Below are positions 30,432 to 41,267 of a stretch of DNA of 64,000 bases, piece after piece. The notes under the pieces were generated by a model. That model was not told the origin of the DNA, searched no databases, and saw nothing but the letters and a program-made list of their open reading frames with translations. Source of the stretch: Dehalococcoidia bacterium (GTDB lineage Bacteria > Chloroflexota > Dehalococcoidia > UBA2979); NCBI GenBank assembly GCA_028279505.1, contig JANQNP010000031.1, positions 17,413 to 81,412 of the forward strand, written 5' to 3'. Position 1 is the first letter of the stretch. Each line of letters begins with the position of its first letter. A program made the position numbers and the translations under genes.

Positions 30432-31208
30432 ATGCCGGATCTGATCTACGAGAAGCACGACCGCTATGCGGTCTTCACGATGAACCGCCCGGAGCGGCTC
30501 AACGCGCTGGGTGGGACGATGAACGCCGAGCTGGACGAAGCGCTCGCCGACTTCAACGCGGATCCGCAGATGCGCGCCGGCATCGTCACCGGCGCCGGTC
30601 GAGCATTTAGCGCCGGCGCCGACCTCAAGGAGATGAACGAGCGCAACCAGGCGCGCGGCGATCGCCCTCGGGAGCAGGGCTACGACCTCAACGCCGCGAT
30701 GCGCTTCTCGAAAAGCCCGAAGCCCTTCATCGCCGCGATCAACGGCCTCTGCATCGCCGGTGGCCTGGAGCGCGCCCTCGACTGCGACATTCGCATCGCG
30801 TCGGAGGAGGCGTTCTTCGGGCTCTTCGAGGTGAAGCGGGGCATCCTCGCGGGCTACGCGATCCACCACCTCGCGCGCCTGATCCCGATCGGCGATGCGC
30901 TCTACATCCTGCTCACCGGCGATCGCATCTCGGCCGAGGATGCGCTGCGCTCCGGCCTGGTCCGCGAGCTGATGCCGACCGAGCGTGTCATGCCTCGGGC
31001 GGTCGAGATCGCGGAGATGATCGCGGCCAACGCACCGCTCTCGGTCGAGGGCACCAAGGCGATCGCGCAGCAGTGGCGCCAGACGCAGCTCGACGAGTCG
31101 TACCGGCTCGGCGACTGGGTGGGTCGCACGGTCCTCAACTCGAAGGACGCGAAGGAGGGGCCGCGCGCCTTCTCCGAAAAGCGCGAGCCCAACTGGCAGG
31201 GCCGCTAA
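30432..31208 (+). CDS. enoyl-CoA hydratase/isomerase
   Basis: MPDLIYEKHDRYAVFTMNRPERLNAL, GAGRAFSAGADLKE and AAINGLCIAGGLE. The upstream 48 codons of the listed ORF were dropped. Confidence 0.85.
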   Translation: MPDLIYEKHDRYAVFTMNRPERLNALGGTMNAELDEALADFNADPQMRAGIVTGAGRAFSAGADLKEMNERNQARGDRPREQGYDLNAAMRFSKSPKPFIAAINGLCIAGGLERALDCDIRIASEEAFFGLFEVKRGILAGYAIHHLARLIPIGDALYILLTGDRISAEDALRSGLVRELMPTERVMPRAVEIAEMIAANAPLSVEGTKAIAQQWRQTQLDESYRLGDWVGRTVLNSKDAKEGPRAFSEKREPNWQGR

Positions 31209-31218
31209 TCCGACGCAG

Positions 31219-32052
31219 CTAGACCGTCTCCGTCGTGTCCTCGGCGGTCGCGGTCGTCGAGGTGCGTCCGCTCACGCGGGCAGCCACCGACCGCAGCTCG
31301 GCCATGTGCTCCTGCATCGCGATCTGCATGAGGCGCGCGTCCATCGAGTGCATGACGAAGCGGGCGCCCTTCTCGATCGCGGTGGTCGAAGTCTCAAGCG
31401 TCTGCTGGTGGATCATGACCGGGACGTTGCGGGCCTCGGACTTCTCGATCACGCCCTCGATGACCTCGAGGTAGCGGGGGTTAGTGACCTCATCGGGGAT
31501 GCCGAGCGAGGTGGTCATGTCGTTGGGGCCGATGAAGATCCCGTCGATCCCGCCGACGTCAAGGATCGAGTCGAGTCGCTCGTAGGCCGGCTCGCTTTCG
31601 ATGCCGATGATGCAGATCGTCTCGGCGTGCCGCGCTTCGAGGTAGGCCTTAGACTTGTCGCTCGGGAGGACGCCCTCGGTTACCGCGCGCCGGAGGTACT
31701 CGCCCTTGAGCGGGTGCCACTTCGCGGTGGCGACGCAGGCCTGCACTTCCTCGAGGGTCTCGCAGTAGGGGACGAGGACGCCGGCGGCGCCGGCATCGAG
31801 GGCCATCGCGACCCACTCGGCCTTCGGGACGGGGACGCGAACGATCGGGACGACCTCGGCGTCGCGGAGCATCCGGCAGAGCTCCTGGATCTCCTTGCGG
31901 TCGCGGGAGCCGTGCTCCGCGTCGATCACGACGAAGTCCATCGTCGAGCCGGCCAGGGCGGCGCGAAACCGCGTCGTTCCCATCGCGGAGAGCATGCAGC
32001 CAAACACGTGTCCGCCGTCCTGGAGCGTCTGCTTCAGCGTCACGCCATCCAT
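31219..32052 (-). CDS. HpcH/HpaI family class II (pyruvate) aldolase
   Basis: Start at MDGVTLKQ. FVVIDAEHG, VRVP, DAGAAGVLVPY and IGIESEPAY blocks. Confidence 0.8.
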   Translation of the reverse strand: MDGVTLKQTLQDGGHVFGCMLSAMGTTRFRAALAGSTMDFVVIDAEHGSRDRKEIQELCRMLRDAEVVPIVRVPVPKAEWVAMALDAGAAGVLVPYCETLEEVQACVATAKWHPLKGEYLRRAVTEGVLPSDKSKAYLEARHAETICIIGIESEPAYERLDSILDVGGIDGIFIGPNDMTTSLGIPDEVTNPRYLEVIEGVIEKSEARNVPVMIHQQTLETSTTAIEKGARFVMHSMDARLMQIAMQEHMAELRSVAARVSGRTSTTATAEDTTETV

Positions 32053-32197
32053 CGAGGTCTCCCATCGCCGCTGCCGAGGTTGGTGTCGTCGCGTCAACAT
32101 ACCGACCGCGTTCCGCGGGCGCGGTCACCGGCCGAGCAGTCGATCGCCTGCTGCCTATACTCGCGCCAGCCGATCCTGCCAGCGAACGAGGTGCCCA

Positions 32198-33055
32198 ATG
32201 ACCGAGCCCTACGAGCCCGCCGCCGCGATGAACTACGAGACGATCCAGGTCGAACGCGACGGCCGCGTTGGCATCGTGCGCTGGAACCGCCCGGATCGCC
32301 TGAACGCGTTCAACCAGACGATGTACGCGGAGTGGGTCGAGGCCTACGACGCCTTCAACGCCGACCCGGACATCGGCGCCGTCGTCGCCACCGGCAACGG
32401 ACGCGCCTACAGCTCGGGCGCCGACATCGGTGGCTTCGAGCGTTCGTTCACTGGCGACGCCGCGCCGGTCGAGAAGTCGCCGCCGCATCCCGCCTTCGAG
32501 CCCTGGTACATGGCGGAGGGCAAGCCGACGATCGCCGCCGTCAACGGCGTGGCGGTGGGGATCGGGTTCACCTCGATCCTCTGGTTCGACAACATCATCG
32601 CTTCGACCGAGGCGCGCTTCTCCGCTCGCTTTGCCGCCATCGGGCTGACGCCGGAGCTCTCCAGCTCGTGGCTGCTGCCGAAGCTGATCGGCGTCCAGCG
32701 CGCGAAGGAGATGATGCTCACCGGCCGGATCTGGAGCGCCCAGGAGGCGCACCAACTGGGCCTCGTCCGCGAGGTCGTGGAGCCCGAGGATCTGCTCCCA
32801 ACGGCGATCGCGCAGGCGGCCGAGATCGCGGCCAACCCATCGACCTCGCTGAGCGTGATCAAGCGCATGCTGATGGAGGATCTGCTCTCGACCGACCTGA
32901 CCACGATCGAGCGCCGCTCCGGCGAGAACTTCGCTGCCGGCCGTCGCAGCCCCGAGCACCGCGAGGCGCTCTTCGCGCTGCGCGAGAAGCGCCCCGCTCG
33001 ATTCCACGACGCCGAGCACATGGCCGAGGTCGTGGCCGGCCTCGACTCGAACTAG
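32198..33055 (+). CDS. enoyl-CoA hydratase/isomerase
   Basis: Start at MTEPYEPAAAMNYETIQVERDGRVGIVRWNRPDRLNAF. GNGRAYSSGADI and AAVNGVAVGIG. Confidence 0.85.
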   Translation: MTEPYEPAAAMNYETIQVERDGRVGIVRWNRPDRLNAFNQTMYAEWVEAYDAFNADPDIGAVVATGNGRAYSSGADIGGFERSFTGDAAPVEKSPPHPAFEPWYMAEGKPTIAAVNGVAVGIGFTSILWFDNIIASTEARFSARFAAIGLTPELSSSWLLPKLIGVQRAKEMMLTGRIWSAQEAHQLGLVREVVEPEDLLPTAIAQAAEIAANPSTSLSVIKRMLMEDLLSTDLTTIERRSGENFAAGRRSPEHREALFALREKRPARFHDAEHMAEVVAGLDSN

Positions 33056-33085
33056 TCGAGAGCCGCGCGTCGCCGGAGGAGCAGG

Positions 33086-33913
33086 CTACGTCCCCGTGAA
33101 CTCCGGCTCGCGGCGATCGAGGAAGCTGCGGAAGCCCTCGCTGGCGTCGTTCGAGCGCAGCAGCTCCGTCTGGATCGCCCACTCGCGATCGAGGAACACG
33201 CTGCGATCGATCGCATCGACCGAGTCGAGGACGAGCCGTCGGACGCCGGTGTACCCCATCGGCGGACCCGCGGCGATCTGCGCGGCGTACGCCATCACCT
33301 CGTCCATGAACTGGTCGTCCGGCACCACCCGGTTCGCGAGGCCCAGTTCGAGCGCGCGGGCGGAGTCGACGACGTTGCCGTCGTAGAACAGCTCGAACGC
33401 CTTCGAGACGCCGACGATCCTCGGGAGCCAGTAGGCGGCCCCGTAGTCCGCGGCGACGCCGCGCTTGATGAAGATAGAGCCGATGCGCGCCGACTCGGCG
33501 AAGATCCGTACGTCGCAGCAGAGGGCGATGCCGAAGCCGCCGCCCGCGGCGACGCCGTTGATCGCGCCGATCACAGGTACGTCGCAGCGTGCGAACGCCT
33601 GAGCGGTCTCCGCTGAGCCAGCCTGGAAGTTCATCCGCGCGTGTCGCGACCGCGCCGGTGGAGTCCCCGTGCCGTTCCCGCTCGCGTTGTCGACGCCCGC
33701 AGGAGCGCGCTCTTGCGTCACCTCGGCGCCGGCGCAGAACGCCCGACCGGCTCCGGTCAGCACCATCACGCGGACGTCGTCGTCTTCCGAGGCGCGTTGG
33801 AGCGCCCCTCGGAGGCCGCTGTTGAGATCGGCGCTCAGCGAGTTCATCTTCTCCGGGCGGTTCAAGGTGGCGACGAGGATCCCGTCGCTGACCTCGACTT
33901 CGACATCGGCCAT
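33086..33913 (-). CDS. enoyl-CoA hydratase/isomerase
   Basis: ILVATLNRPEKMNSL, GAGRAFCAGAEV and GAINGVAAGGGFG. Confidence 0.85.
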   Translation of the reverse strand: MADVEVEVSDGILVATLNRPEKMNSLSADLNSGLRGALQRASEDDDVRVMVLTGAGRAFCAGAEVTQERAPAGVDNASGNGTGTPPARSRHARMNFQAGSAETAQAFARCDVPVIGAINGVAAGGGFGIALCCDVRIFAESARIGSIFIKRGVAADYGAAYWLPRIVGVSKAFELFYDGNVVDSARALELGLANRVVPDDQFMDEVMAYAAQIAAGPPMGYTGVRRLVLDSVDAIDRSVFLDREWAIQTELLRSNDASEGFRSFLDRREPEFTGT

Positions 33914-34018
33914 CGCTGTGCCTCCTCGGGCTGGGCGCCGTGGCGGTCACCCTACCTCGGATCAGCGCGCGATTCAGCGCGGCTCCGGTCACTCGTGCCG
34001 CACGCCTCGGAAGGGGCG

Positions 34019-35023
34019 CTACAGGCGCAGGTCGGAGGAGTGGCCCGGGAAGAGCTTCGACTCGGGGCTGATGTGCTTGACCGCGGCGTTCGCGGCGATC
34101 GCGGCCTGCCCGAAACCGGTGACGATCAGGCTCAGCGGCTCGGAGCCCTCGACGGCGGCGATGTCCCCGGCGGCGAAGACGCCGGGAAGGTTGGTCTCCA
34201 TGAAGCCGTCGACCCGGATGTGTCGCTGATCGGCGAGTTCAAGGCCCCAGTCGAGCATCGGGCCGAGCGACGCTTTGAAGCCGAGGCTCAGCAGCACGAT
34301 GTCGACATCGAGGTCCCGCGTCTCGTCGGTCTGGTTTTGCACGATCCGCGCCCGCTCGACGACGCTGTTGCCGCTCACCTCGGCGAGCTCCCAGTGGGTG
34401 AGCATCGGAATCTCGGCGAGGCGCAGCTCGGTGAGGCTGGACTCGTGCGCGCGAAACTGCTCGCGGCGGTGGATCAGCGTGATCTCGTCGGCCCAGTCGC
34501 GCAGGTTGAGGCACCAGTCCACGGCGGTGTCACCGCCGCCGACGATCAGCACCCGCTTGTGGCGGAACGGCCGGCGGTCCTGCACGAAGTAGTAGACGCC
34601 GTTGCCTTCGTACTTCGCGACCCCAGGGCGGTCGAGCTTGTTCGGCGCGAACGCGCCGATCCCCGCCGAGATCAGCAGCGCGCGGGTCCGGTGCTCGCCG
34701 CGGGGCGTGCCGAGGACCCAGACCGGCTCGTCGCCCGACTCGTCGCGCGTCAGCGTCTCGACCGATTCGTTGTAGACGTAGTCGGGGTCGAACCGCTCGT
34801 TCTGCTCCATGAGTAGCTTCACGAGGTCGCGCGCCATCACGTGGGGGTGCCCCGGCACGTCGTAGATCATCTTCTCAGGGTAGAGGACCGCCAGCTGCCC
34901 CCCGGGCTCCGGCAACGCTTCGATCACCTTGGTCTTCAGGCTACGCAGGCCGGCGTAGAACGCGCCGAACAGCCCCGTCGGCCCCGCCCCGATGATCGTG
35001 AAGTCGTAGATCTCGTCGCTCAT
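34019..35023 (-). CDS. ferredoxin-NADP+ reductase, thioredoxin-reductase-like type
   Basis: YDFTIIGAGPTGLFGAFYAG, VLIVGGGDTAVDW and VFAAGDIA, with no CxxC redox pair; 334 aa. Confidence 0.8.
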   Translation of the reverse strand: MSDEIYDFTIIGAGPTGLFGAFYAGLRSLKTKVIEALPEPGGQLAVLYPEKMIYDVPGHPHVMARDLVKLLMEQNERFDPDYVYNESVETLTRDESGDEPVWVLGTPRGEHRTRALLISAGIGAFAPNKLDRPGVAKYEGNGVYYFVQDRRPFRHKRVLIVGGGDTAVDWCLNLRDWADEITLIHRREQFRAHESSLTELRLAEIPMLTHWELAEVSGNSVVERARIVQNQTDETRDLDVDIVLLSLGFKASLGPMLDWGLELADQRHIRVDGFMETNLPGVFAAGDIAAVEGSEPLSLIVTGFGQAAIAANAAVKHISPESKLFPGHSSDLRL

Positions 35024-35112
35024 CGCCTACCGCCCGACTGCGGTTCGAGCGTGGCACACGAGGCCGATCGTGGCATCTGGCGTTCGTGAGGGTTTCCCCG
35101 TGACGGCCGTCG

Positions 35113-36246
35113 TTAGTGCTGGCCGAGGAAGTCCAGCAGGTGGCGAGTCACCTCGGTGGGTTGCTCCTGCTGGACCCAGTGGCCGGCGCCCTCGATGAGG
35201 TGCACGTCTCGGAAGTCGCTGCACGCCTCGTCGCGCATCCGCTCGAGGCCGCCCGGGCGCTGGCGGACGCCCCAGTCGCGGGCGCCGGCGACGAACATCG
35301 AGGGCACATCGATCGTGCGGCCGGAGAAGAGCTGCTGCTCGCGCATGAAGTCGGCGTGGCCCGAGGCGCGGTACCACTGCAGGCCGCCCTGGAACCCGGT
35401 CCGCCCGAACTCGCCGGCGTAGACGGCCAGCTCCTCGTCCGGCAGCCAGGCGCACGCCTCGATCTGTTCGCGGCTCGGCATCTCGGGGGCGACGGTCTCG
35501 GCCATCCCGAGGGCCGCCGGCATGACGTAGTAGTGCGGGAGCTTCGCGAACTCCTCGGCCTGCCAGCCTCCGAGGGGGAACGGCTGGTTGCCGGGCCAGT
35601 CGGCGCTCTTCATGTGGTAGTAGGCGCGCATGAAGTCGTGCACGCCCTGCGGGCTGTGCCACATATTCTCGTTCGCCTCGCGCGTCCCGTAGTAGCGCCC
35701 GTACCGCTTCCGAGGCGGATCGAGCTGCAGCAGCGCGTCGTCGATCGCCTGCTGCGCCATCGCGCCGGATGGCTCGATCGGTAGCGGTGGCGGTCCGCCG
35801 AACGGGGCGCTCATCAGCACCACCGACCGGAACACGTCCGGCCGCACCAGCGCGCACCAGGCCGCCACCGGCGACCCGAAGTCGTGGCCAACGACCGCGG
35901 CCACCTCGTCACGCCCGAGGGCCGACACCAGTCCGAGGGCGTCGCGCGCGAGGTTGAGCATCCGGTATGAGGCGAGGTCGCCGTCGTAGTCCGGATCCCA
36001 CCCCGTGGTGCGCCCGTAGCCGCGCTGGTCCGGCGCCACCACGTGGTAGCCGGCCTCGGCCAGCGGAACCATCACCTTGCGCCAGCTGTAGGCCAGCTCC
36101 GGGAAGCCGTGCAGCAGCAGGACGAGCGGCCGCTCGCCGTCCCAACCAGCCTCGAGGATGTGCACGCGCAGGTCGCCGACGTCGTCGACGAACCGCGACC
36201 TGATGCCGTCGGGCAGCGTTGCCTCCAGGGCATCGCTGTCGCTCAC
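35113..36246 (-). CDS. epoxide-hydrolase-like alpha/beta hydrolase
   Basis: GTG start (VSDSDALEA) overlaps the mutase stop as [19 protein letters not shown] and [13 protein letters not shown] (Asp nucleophile elbow). The listed longer ORF would overlap the upstream gene by 130 nt. Confidence 0.8.
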   Translation of the reverse strand: MSDSDALEATLPDGIRSRFVDDVGDLRVHILEAGWDGERPLVLLLHGFPELAYSWRKVMVPLAEAGYHVVAPDQRGYGRTTGWDPDYDGDLASYRMLNLARDALGLVSALGRDEVAAVVGHDFGSPVAAWCALVRPDVFRSVVLMSAPFGGPPPLPIEPSGAMAQQAIDDALLQLDPPRKRYGRYYGTREANENMWHSPQGVHDFMRAYYHMKSADWPGNQPFPLGGWQAEEFAKLPHYYVMPAALGMAETVAPEMPSREQIEACAWLPDEELAVYAGEFGRTGFQGGLQWYRASGHADFMREQQLFSGRTIDVPSMFVAGARDWGVRQRPGGLERMRDEACSDFRDVHLIEGAGHWVQQEQPTEVTRHLLDFLGQH

Positions 36247-37925
36247 ACGACCAGCCGTTCCTGGTACTCGCCGAAGGCGTCGCGCATCACGCCGCAGATC
36301 TCGCCCAGTGTGCAGTAGGCGCGCACAGCCTCGAGGATCGCGGGCATCGTGTTCGTCTCGCCGTCGCGACACACGCCCTCGAGGGTGGCGAGCGCGGCGC
36401 GGACGGCGTCGCCGTCTCGCTCCGCCCGCACCCGGTTCAAGCGGTCGAGGTGAACGCGCTCGCCGGCCGGGTCCATTCGCAGAATCGGGATCTCGATCGG
36501 CTCATCGATCTGGAAGTCGTTCACGCCGACGATGATCCGCTCGCCGCCGTCCACCTCGCGCTGGAACGTGTACGCCGCCTCGGCGATCTCGCGCTGTTGG
36601 AAGCCATCCTCGAGCGCCGGGATCACCCCGCCGAGGTCATCGATCCGATCGAAGTAGGCGCGCGCGTCACGCTCCATCTCGTTCGTCAGCGCTTCGACAA
36701 AGTAGGAGCCGCCCAGCGGATCGACCGTGTTTACGACACCGGTCTCGTGCATCAGCACCTGCTGAGTGCGCACCGCGAGCCGTGCCGCCTTGTCGCTCGG
36801 CAGCGCGAGCGCCTCGTCCATCGCGTTCGTGTGCAGCGACTGCGTCCCGCCGAGGACCCCCGACAGCGCCTGCACGGCGACGCGCATCAGGTTCACCTCG
36901 GGCTGCACATCGGGCAGCGAGACGCCGGCGGTCTGCGTGTGGAAGCGCATCCACCACGAGCGCGGGTTCTGCGCGCCGAAGGTCTCCTTCATCTCGCGCG
37001 CCCAGATCCGACGCGCGGCGCGGAACTTCGCGATCTCCTCGAAGAAGTCTGAGTGGGCGTTGAAGAAGAACGACAGCCGCGGTGCAAAGTCGTCGACGTC
37101 GAGGTCGCGATCGATCGCCCAGCGCACGTACTCGAAGCCGTGGGCGAGCGTGAACGCCAGCTCCTGCGCGGCCGTCGCACCGGCCTCGCGCATGTGGTAG
37201 CCGCTGACGCTGATCGAGTTCCAGCGCGGCATCTCCGCCGTCGCGAACTCGATCGTGTCAGTGACGAGCCGCATCGATTCCGCCGGCGGGAAGAGGAACT
37301 CGTTCTGCGCCGCGTACTCCTTGAGGATGTCGTTCTGGAGCGTGCCACCGAGTCGCGCTCGCTCCACGCCCTGCTTCTCGGCCGTGACGATGTACATCGC
37401 CCAGATCACCGAGGCTGGCCCGTTGATCGTCATTGAGGTCGTGACCTCGTCGAGCGGGATGTCGGCGAGCAGCAGCTCCATGTCCGCCAGCGACGAGATC
37501 GCGACGCCGCACTTGCCGAATTCGCCCGCCGCCCACGAATCGTCGTGGTCGTAGCCCATAAGGGTGGGCATGTCGAAGGCGATGCTCAGCCCGGTCTCGC
37601 CGTGCGTGAGCAGATCGCGGAAGCGGGCGTTGGTCTCCTCGGCGGTGCCGAAGCCGGAGAAGATGCGGATCGTCCACGGCTTGCCGCGGTAGCCGGTGGG
37701 GTGGATGCCGCGGGTGAACGGGTACTCGCCGGGGTTGCCGAGGTCGCGTTCGTAGTCGAGTCCACCGTCGCCAAAATCGGTCGGACCGTACAGCCGCTCG
37801 ATCGGCTTCGAGGAGGTGGTGACGAAGGGGCCGTCGGTCTCGGCGCCCTCGGAGGCGACGCGTTCGTCCCACGCCGCCCGCTGGTCGCGCAACCGGTCGA
37901 GGCGATCATCCCGCTGTTGCGTCAT
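36243..37925 (-). CDS. acyl-CoA (methylmalonyl-CoA-type) mutase, catalytic large subunit only
   Basis: [33 protein letters not shown] and [15 protein letters not shown]. 560 aa, ending where the substrate barrel ends; no DxHxxG B12-binding domain. Confidence 0.85.
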   Translation of the reverse strand: MTQQRDDRLDRLRDQRAAWDERVASEGAETDGPFVTTSSKPIERLYGPTDFGDGGLDYERDLGNPGEYPFTRGIHPTGYRGKPWTIRIFSGFGTAEETNARFRDLLTHGETGLSIAFDMPTLMGYDHDDSWAAGEFGKCGVAISSLADMELLLADIPLDEVTTSMTINGPASVIWAMYIVTAEKQGVERARLGGTLQNDILKEYAAQNEFLFPPAESMRLVTDTIEFATAEMPRWNSISVSGYHMREAGATAAQELAFTLAHGFEYVRWAIDRDLDVDDFAPRLSFFFNAHSDFFEEIAKFRAARRIWAREMKETFGAQNPRSWWMRFHTQTAGVSLPDVQPEVNLMRVAVQALSGVLGGTQSLHTNAMDEALALPSDKAARLAVRTQQVLMHETGVVNTVDPLGGSYFVEALTNEMERDARAYFDRIDDLGGVIPALEDGFQQREIAEAAYTFQREVDGGERIIVGVNDFQIDEPIEIPILRMDPAGERVHLDRLNRVRAERDGDAVRAALATLEGVCRDGETNTMPAILEAVRAYCTLGEICGVMRDAFGEYQERLVV

Positions 37926-38005
37926 CGAGCCCCCTCTGATCGGTCGCGGCGCGGCCCAGCTTACGCGTGCTCGATCTCCGCTGCGCCGGTCACTACCTTC
38001 TCGGC

Positions 38006-38713
38006 ATGACGGACGAACCGACCGCCCTCGCGCGGACCGAAGTCAACGAGGGCATCGGCGAGCTGGTGATCAACCGCCCGCAGCGGCGCAACGCCCTCAC
38101 GAGCGACACGATCAGCGAGCTGCATGCGGGCCTCGAACGCTTGATCGCGGATGACGCGGTGCGGGTCATCCTGATCCGCGGCGAGGGCGGCGCGTTCTGC
38201 GCCGGCAACGACCTCAAGGAGGCGCGCGCAGACGACCACGCCGACCGCTGGCGCCGCTTCCACGCGGCGCTGCATGCCTCGCCGAAGCCGACCGTGGGAG
38301 CCCTTGAGCGGTTCGCCATCGCCGGCGGCTCGGCGCTCGCGCTGGCGTGCGACTTCCTCGTCGCTGGTGAGACGGCGTACATCCACACCTCCGAGGTGCG
38401 CATGGGGATGAGCGCGCCGATCAATGCGGTCTGGCTGGAACTGAAGCACAGCGTCGCGACGGCGTACCGGTTCGCCGTCGCGGGCACACGTGTCGAGGGT
38501 CCCGAGCTGGTCACGCTCGGCGTCGCCGTCAGCGCCGTCCCGGACGCCGAGGTGCTCGCCGAGTCTCGCTCGTTCGCCGCCCGACTCGCGGAGAACGACC
38601 CGGCGGCGGTCGCGAAGGTGCGGCGCACGCTGTTGACGCTACGCGGTGTCGAGGGCGCGCAGGCGTTCGAGGATCGAGTCCTCGCGGCTCAGCGCGCGGC
38701 CGCCGGGGATTAG
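38006..38713 (+). CDS. enoyl-CoA hydratase/isomerase
   Basis: Start at [45 protein letters not shown]. Confidence 0.8.
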   Translation: MTDEPTALARTEVNEGIGELVINRPQRRNALTSDTISELHAGLERLIADDAVRVILIRGEGGAFCAGNDLKEARADDHADRWRRFHAALHASPKPTVGALERFAIAGGSALALACDFLVAGETAYIHTSEVRMGMSAPINAVWLELKHSVATAYRFAVAGTRVEGPELVTLGVAVSAVPDAEVLAESRSFAARLAENDPAAVAKVRRTLLTLRGVEGAQAFEDRVLAAQRAAAGD

Positions 38714-39822
38714 ACGGCGGCGGCGATCCGCTCCCGGATCAGCGGCAAGACGTCGCGTGCGACGCGCTCGCACTCCTCGACGTGCGGGAACCCGGAGAGG
38801 ATGAACTCGTCGATGCCGAGCTCCCAGTACTTGTAGAGCTCGTCCGCCACCTGCCGAGGCGTGCCAACGATCGCCGTCCCGAGGTTCACCCGCACCAGCG
38901 AGATCCCGTTCCAGAGCCGCTCCGTGACGCGGTGCTCCTTGAAGTCGCGCGCCTGAGCCGCAGCGCCGACCATCGCGGTCCCGGCGACCGCGCTGTTGCG
39001 CTGTGCGAGCACCTCGGGCGAGGCGTCGGCGATCAGCGAGTCGGCGAGCCGCCACGCCTCGTCCTCGTCGTCCGCGACGACGAGGTGGGTGCGCAGGCCA
39101 AAGCGCAGCTCGCGTCCCACCTCGGAGGCGGCGACGCGGGCGCGCTCCATCAGCGCGTGCGTGTCCTCAAGCGGCTGGATCCACATCAGCAGGGTGTCCG
39201 CCTGCGAGGCGGCCAGGCCGAGCGCCGCGGGCGAGGCGCCTCCGAGGTACCAGCGCGGCCCCGGCGCGGTGGTACCGGGCGAAACGATGGCGTTTCGCAG
39301 CCGAATGTCGCCGCTCTCGAAGTCGACGGGCCGACCGGGCTGTGCCCACAGGGTGCGGCAGGCGGTCATGAACTCCTCGGCCTGCTCGTAGCGGCGGTCG
39401 TGGCTGCTCGTGACGCCCAGCCGCTCCATGTCGCCCTGGATGCCTCCCGGGACGATGTTGATGTCGAGCCGCCCGCCCGACTGCCGGTCGAAGGTCGCGG
39501 CCATCTGCGCGAAGAGCCCGACCGGAATGAAGCTCGGACGCACGGCGACGATGAAGCGGATCCGCTCGGTGACGGCGGCCAGCCCGGTAGCCGTGGTCCA
39601 CGTCTCGGCCAGCGGCGCCGCCTCGTCGAACAGGCCGTTGCTGAACCGCGTGGGGACCAGCAGCCCACTGAAGCCAGCGCCCTCGGCGGTCTGGACGACC
39701 CGGCTGAGGTAGTCGAAGGTCGGCTCGCGCTCGGCGCGGTCGGTGCCGATGCGGGCGCCGTCGCCGTCGATCGGGACGAACCAGTCGAAGACCGGCTCCG
39801 CTCGCTCGGTCGTCGCGACCAT
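38710..39822 (-). CDS. LLM class flavin-dependent monooxygenase (SsuD-like)
   Basis: Start at MVATTERAEPVFDWFVPIDGDG. AEGAGFSGLLVPT, QSGGRLDINIVPG and TPRQVADELYKYWELGIDEFILSG. The upstream 229 codons of the listed ORF are Arg-rich artefact over the next gene. Confidence 0.85.
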   Translation of the reverse strand: MVATTERAEPVFDWFVPIDGDGARIGTDRAEREPTFDYLSRVVQTAEGAGFSGLLVPTRFSNGLFDEAAPLAETWTTATGLAAVTERIRFIVAVRPSFIPVGLFAQMAATFDRQSGGRLDINIVPGGIQGDMERLGVTSSHDRRYEQAEEFMTACRTLWAQPGRPVDFESGDIRLRNAIVSPGTTAPGPRWYLGGASPAALGLAASQADTLLMWIQPLEDTHALMERARVAASEVGRELRFGLRTHLVVADDEDEAWRLADSLIADASPEVLAQRNSAVAGTAMVGAAAQARDFKEHRVTERLWNGISLVRVNLGTAIVGTPRQVADELYKYWELGIDEFILSGFPHVEECERVARDVLPLIRERIAAAV

Positions 39823-39824
39823 GG

Positions 39825-41255
39825 TCAGCCTCCGACCTGCATGCGGTGGAAGACGAGGCCGATCAGTTCGAACGCCTCGAGGGTGTCGCCACCGCCGTCG
39901 CGGAACCGCAGCAGCTCGCCCGCGAGCCGGCCGTCGGTCGCGCGCAGCACGAGCGGGTCGTCGGTCGGTTCGAGGTGGCACGGCATCGCCGCTCCGCCCG
40001 TGGTGTCGATCGTCCTCGGGAGGTCGACGCCCGGGCCGAGGAGGGCCAGTCGATCGTCGACCCACGCCACACGCCGGGGGCCGCCGTACCCCGTCTCGCC
40101 GGCGGCGCTGCCGTAGAGCCCGACGAAGCGGGTCGCCCAGTCCTCGATCGGTGCGGGGGGCGCCGGCAGCGGCGCAGGCAGCGCGTCCTCCGCAGTCATG
40201 AGCCGGTCGAGGGCACCGAGGGCGATGTCGCCCTGGGCGGTGTGTCCGTCGGAGTTCGTCGCGACGATCACGCCGGTCTCCGTCGCGAGGTTGAACACCG
40301 TCCGCGAGAGAGAGCCGGGGTTCCCGCCGCCGTGCCCGAGGTAGACGTGCTCGCCGTGACGGATGCCGGAGAAGCCGATGCACCAGCCGTCGGTCCAGTC
40401 GTCGTCGGAGTACTGGAGCCGGTGCATCTCGCGCAGCGTCGTTCCCTTGAGGATCTGCGCGCCGCCGCGCTCCAGGTTGCGGTCCCGGCGGAACTGGAGC
40501 GCGATCCACTTCGCCATGTCCTCGACGGTGGAGTGCAGGCCGCCAGCCGGCTTACGGCCATGGAAGACGAGGTTGCGTGCTGGCTCCGGTCGGCTGCTCG
40601 TCGTCGACCAGGCGTATTGTGTGACGCGCCGGTGCTCGCCGATCTCGGGCTCGAAGGTGCTGCCGGTCATTCCGAGCGGCTCGAGCAGCGCTTCGCGCAT
40701 GTAGTCGCTGTACGAGCGGCCGCTGAGGCGCGCGACCACCTCGCCGAGGAGCACGAAGCCGAGGTTGCAGTACTTGTGCTGAGAGTCGGGCGGGATCACG
40801 ATCCCGGTCTCGCCGATGTGCTCGAGTACCTCCTCGATGGTCGGCCCGACGCCGGTGGCGTGCCAGGTGCCGGGCACCTCGCCGCTGAGTCCGGAGCGGT
40901 GGGTCATCAGCCGGCGGAGCGTCACGTCCTCGACACGTCCGGCGATCTGCTGGGTGCCCGCGAACTCCGGGATGTACTCGACGAGCGGGTCGTCGATGTT
41001 CAGGAGGCCGTCGTCCCGGAGCTGCATGATGGCCATCGCGGTCATCGGCTTCGTGTTCGAGTCGAAGCGGAACAGCGACCGGGTGTCGGGCGCGCGCCCA
41101 TCCTCGAAATCCGCGTGGCCGTAGCCGGCGCTCCAGGCAAGCTCCTGGCCGCGCACGATCCCGATCGACAGCCCGACGACCCGCTGGTCAGCCATCGTCT
41201 GCTGGATGTGCGTTTCGAGGTCGGGGACGACCGCCTCGATCACCGGATCAGCCAT
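39825..41255 (-). CDS. serine hydrolase, beta-lactamase/D-aminopeptidase family
   Basis: FRFDSNTKPMTAMA (SxxK), plus a C-terminal beta-rich extension; 476 aa. Confidence 0.8.
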   Translation of the reverse strand: MADPVIEAVVPDLETHIQQTMADQRVVGLSIGIVRGQELAWSAGYGHADFEDGRAPDTRSLFRFDSNTKPMTAMAIMQLRDDGLLNIDDPLVEYIPEFAGTQQIAGRVEDVTLRRLMTHRSGLSGEVPGTWHATGVGPTIEEVLEHIGETGIVIPPDSQHKYCNLGFVLLGEVVARLSGRSYSDYMREALLEPLGMTGSTFEPEIGEHRRVTQYAWSTTSSRPEPARNLVFHGRKPAGGLHSTVEDMAKWIALQFRRDRNLERGGAQILKGTTLREMHRLQYSDDDWTDGWCIGFSGIRHGEHVYLGHGGGNPGSLSRTVFNLATETGVIVATNSDGHTAQGDIALGALDRLMTAEDALPAPLPAPPAPIEDWATRFVGLYGSAAGETGYGGPRRVAWVDDRLALLGPGVDLPRTIDTTGGAAMPCHLEPTDDPLVLRATDGRLAGELLRFRDGGGDTLEAFELIGLVFHRMQVGG

Positions 41256-41267
41256 CTGCAGTTCTCC

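Noticed and set aside
38710-40509. N-terminally extended versions of several ORFs in the track: 38710-40509, 50168-52063, 23475-24989, 6868-8301, 31895-33055, 35113-36372, 42477-43796 and 43920-44972.
   Set aside because: The extensions overlap neighbouring genes or the riboswitch and are compositionally junk. Internal starts with an RBS or coupling overlaps give products that begin where family homology begins.
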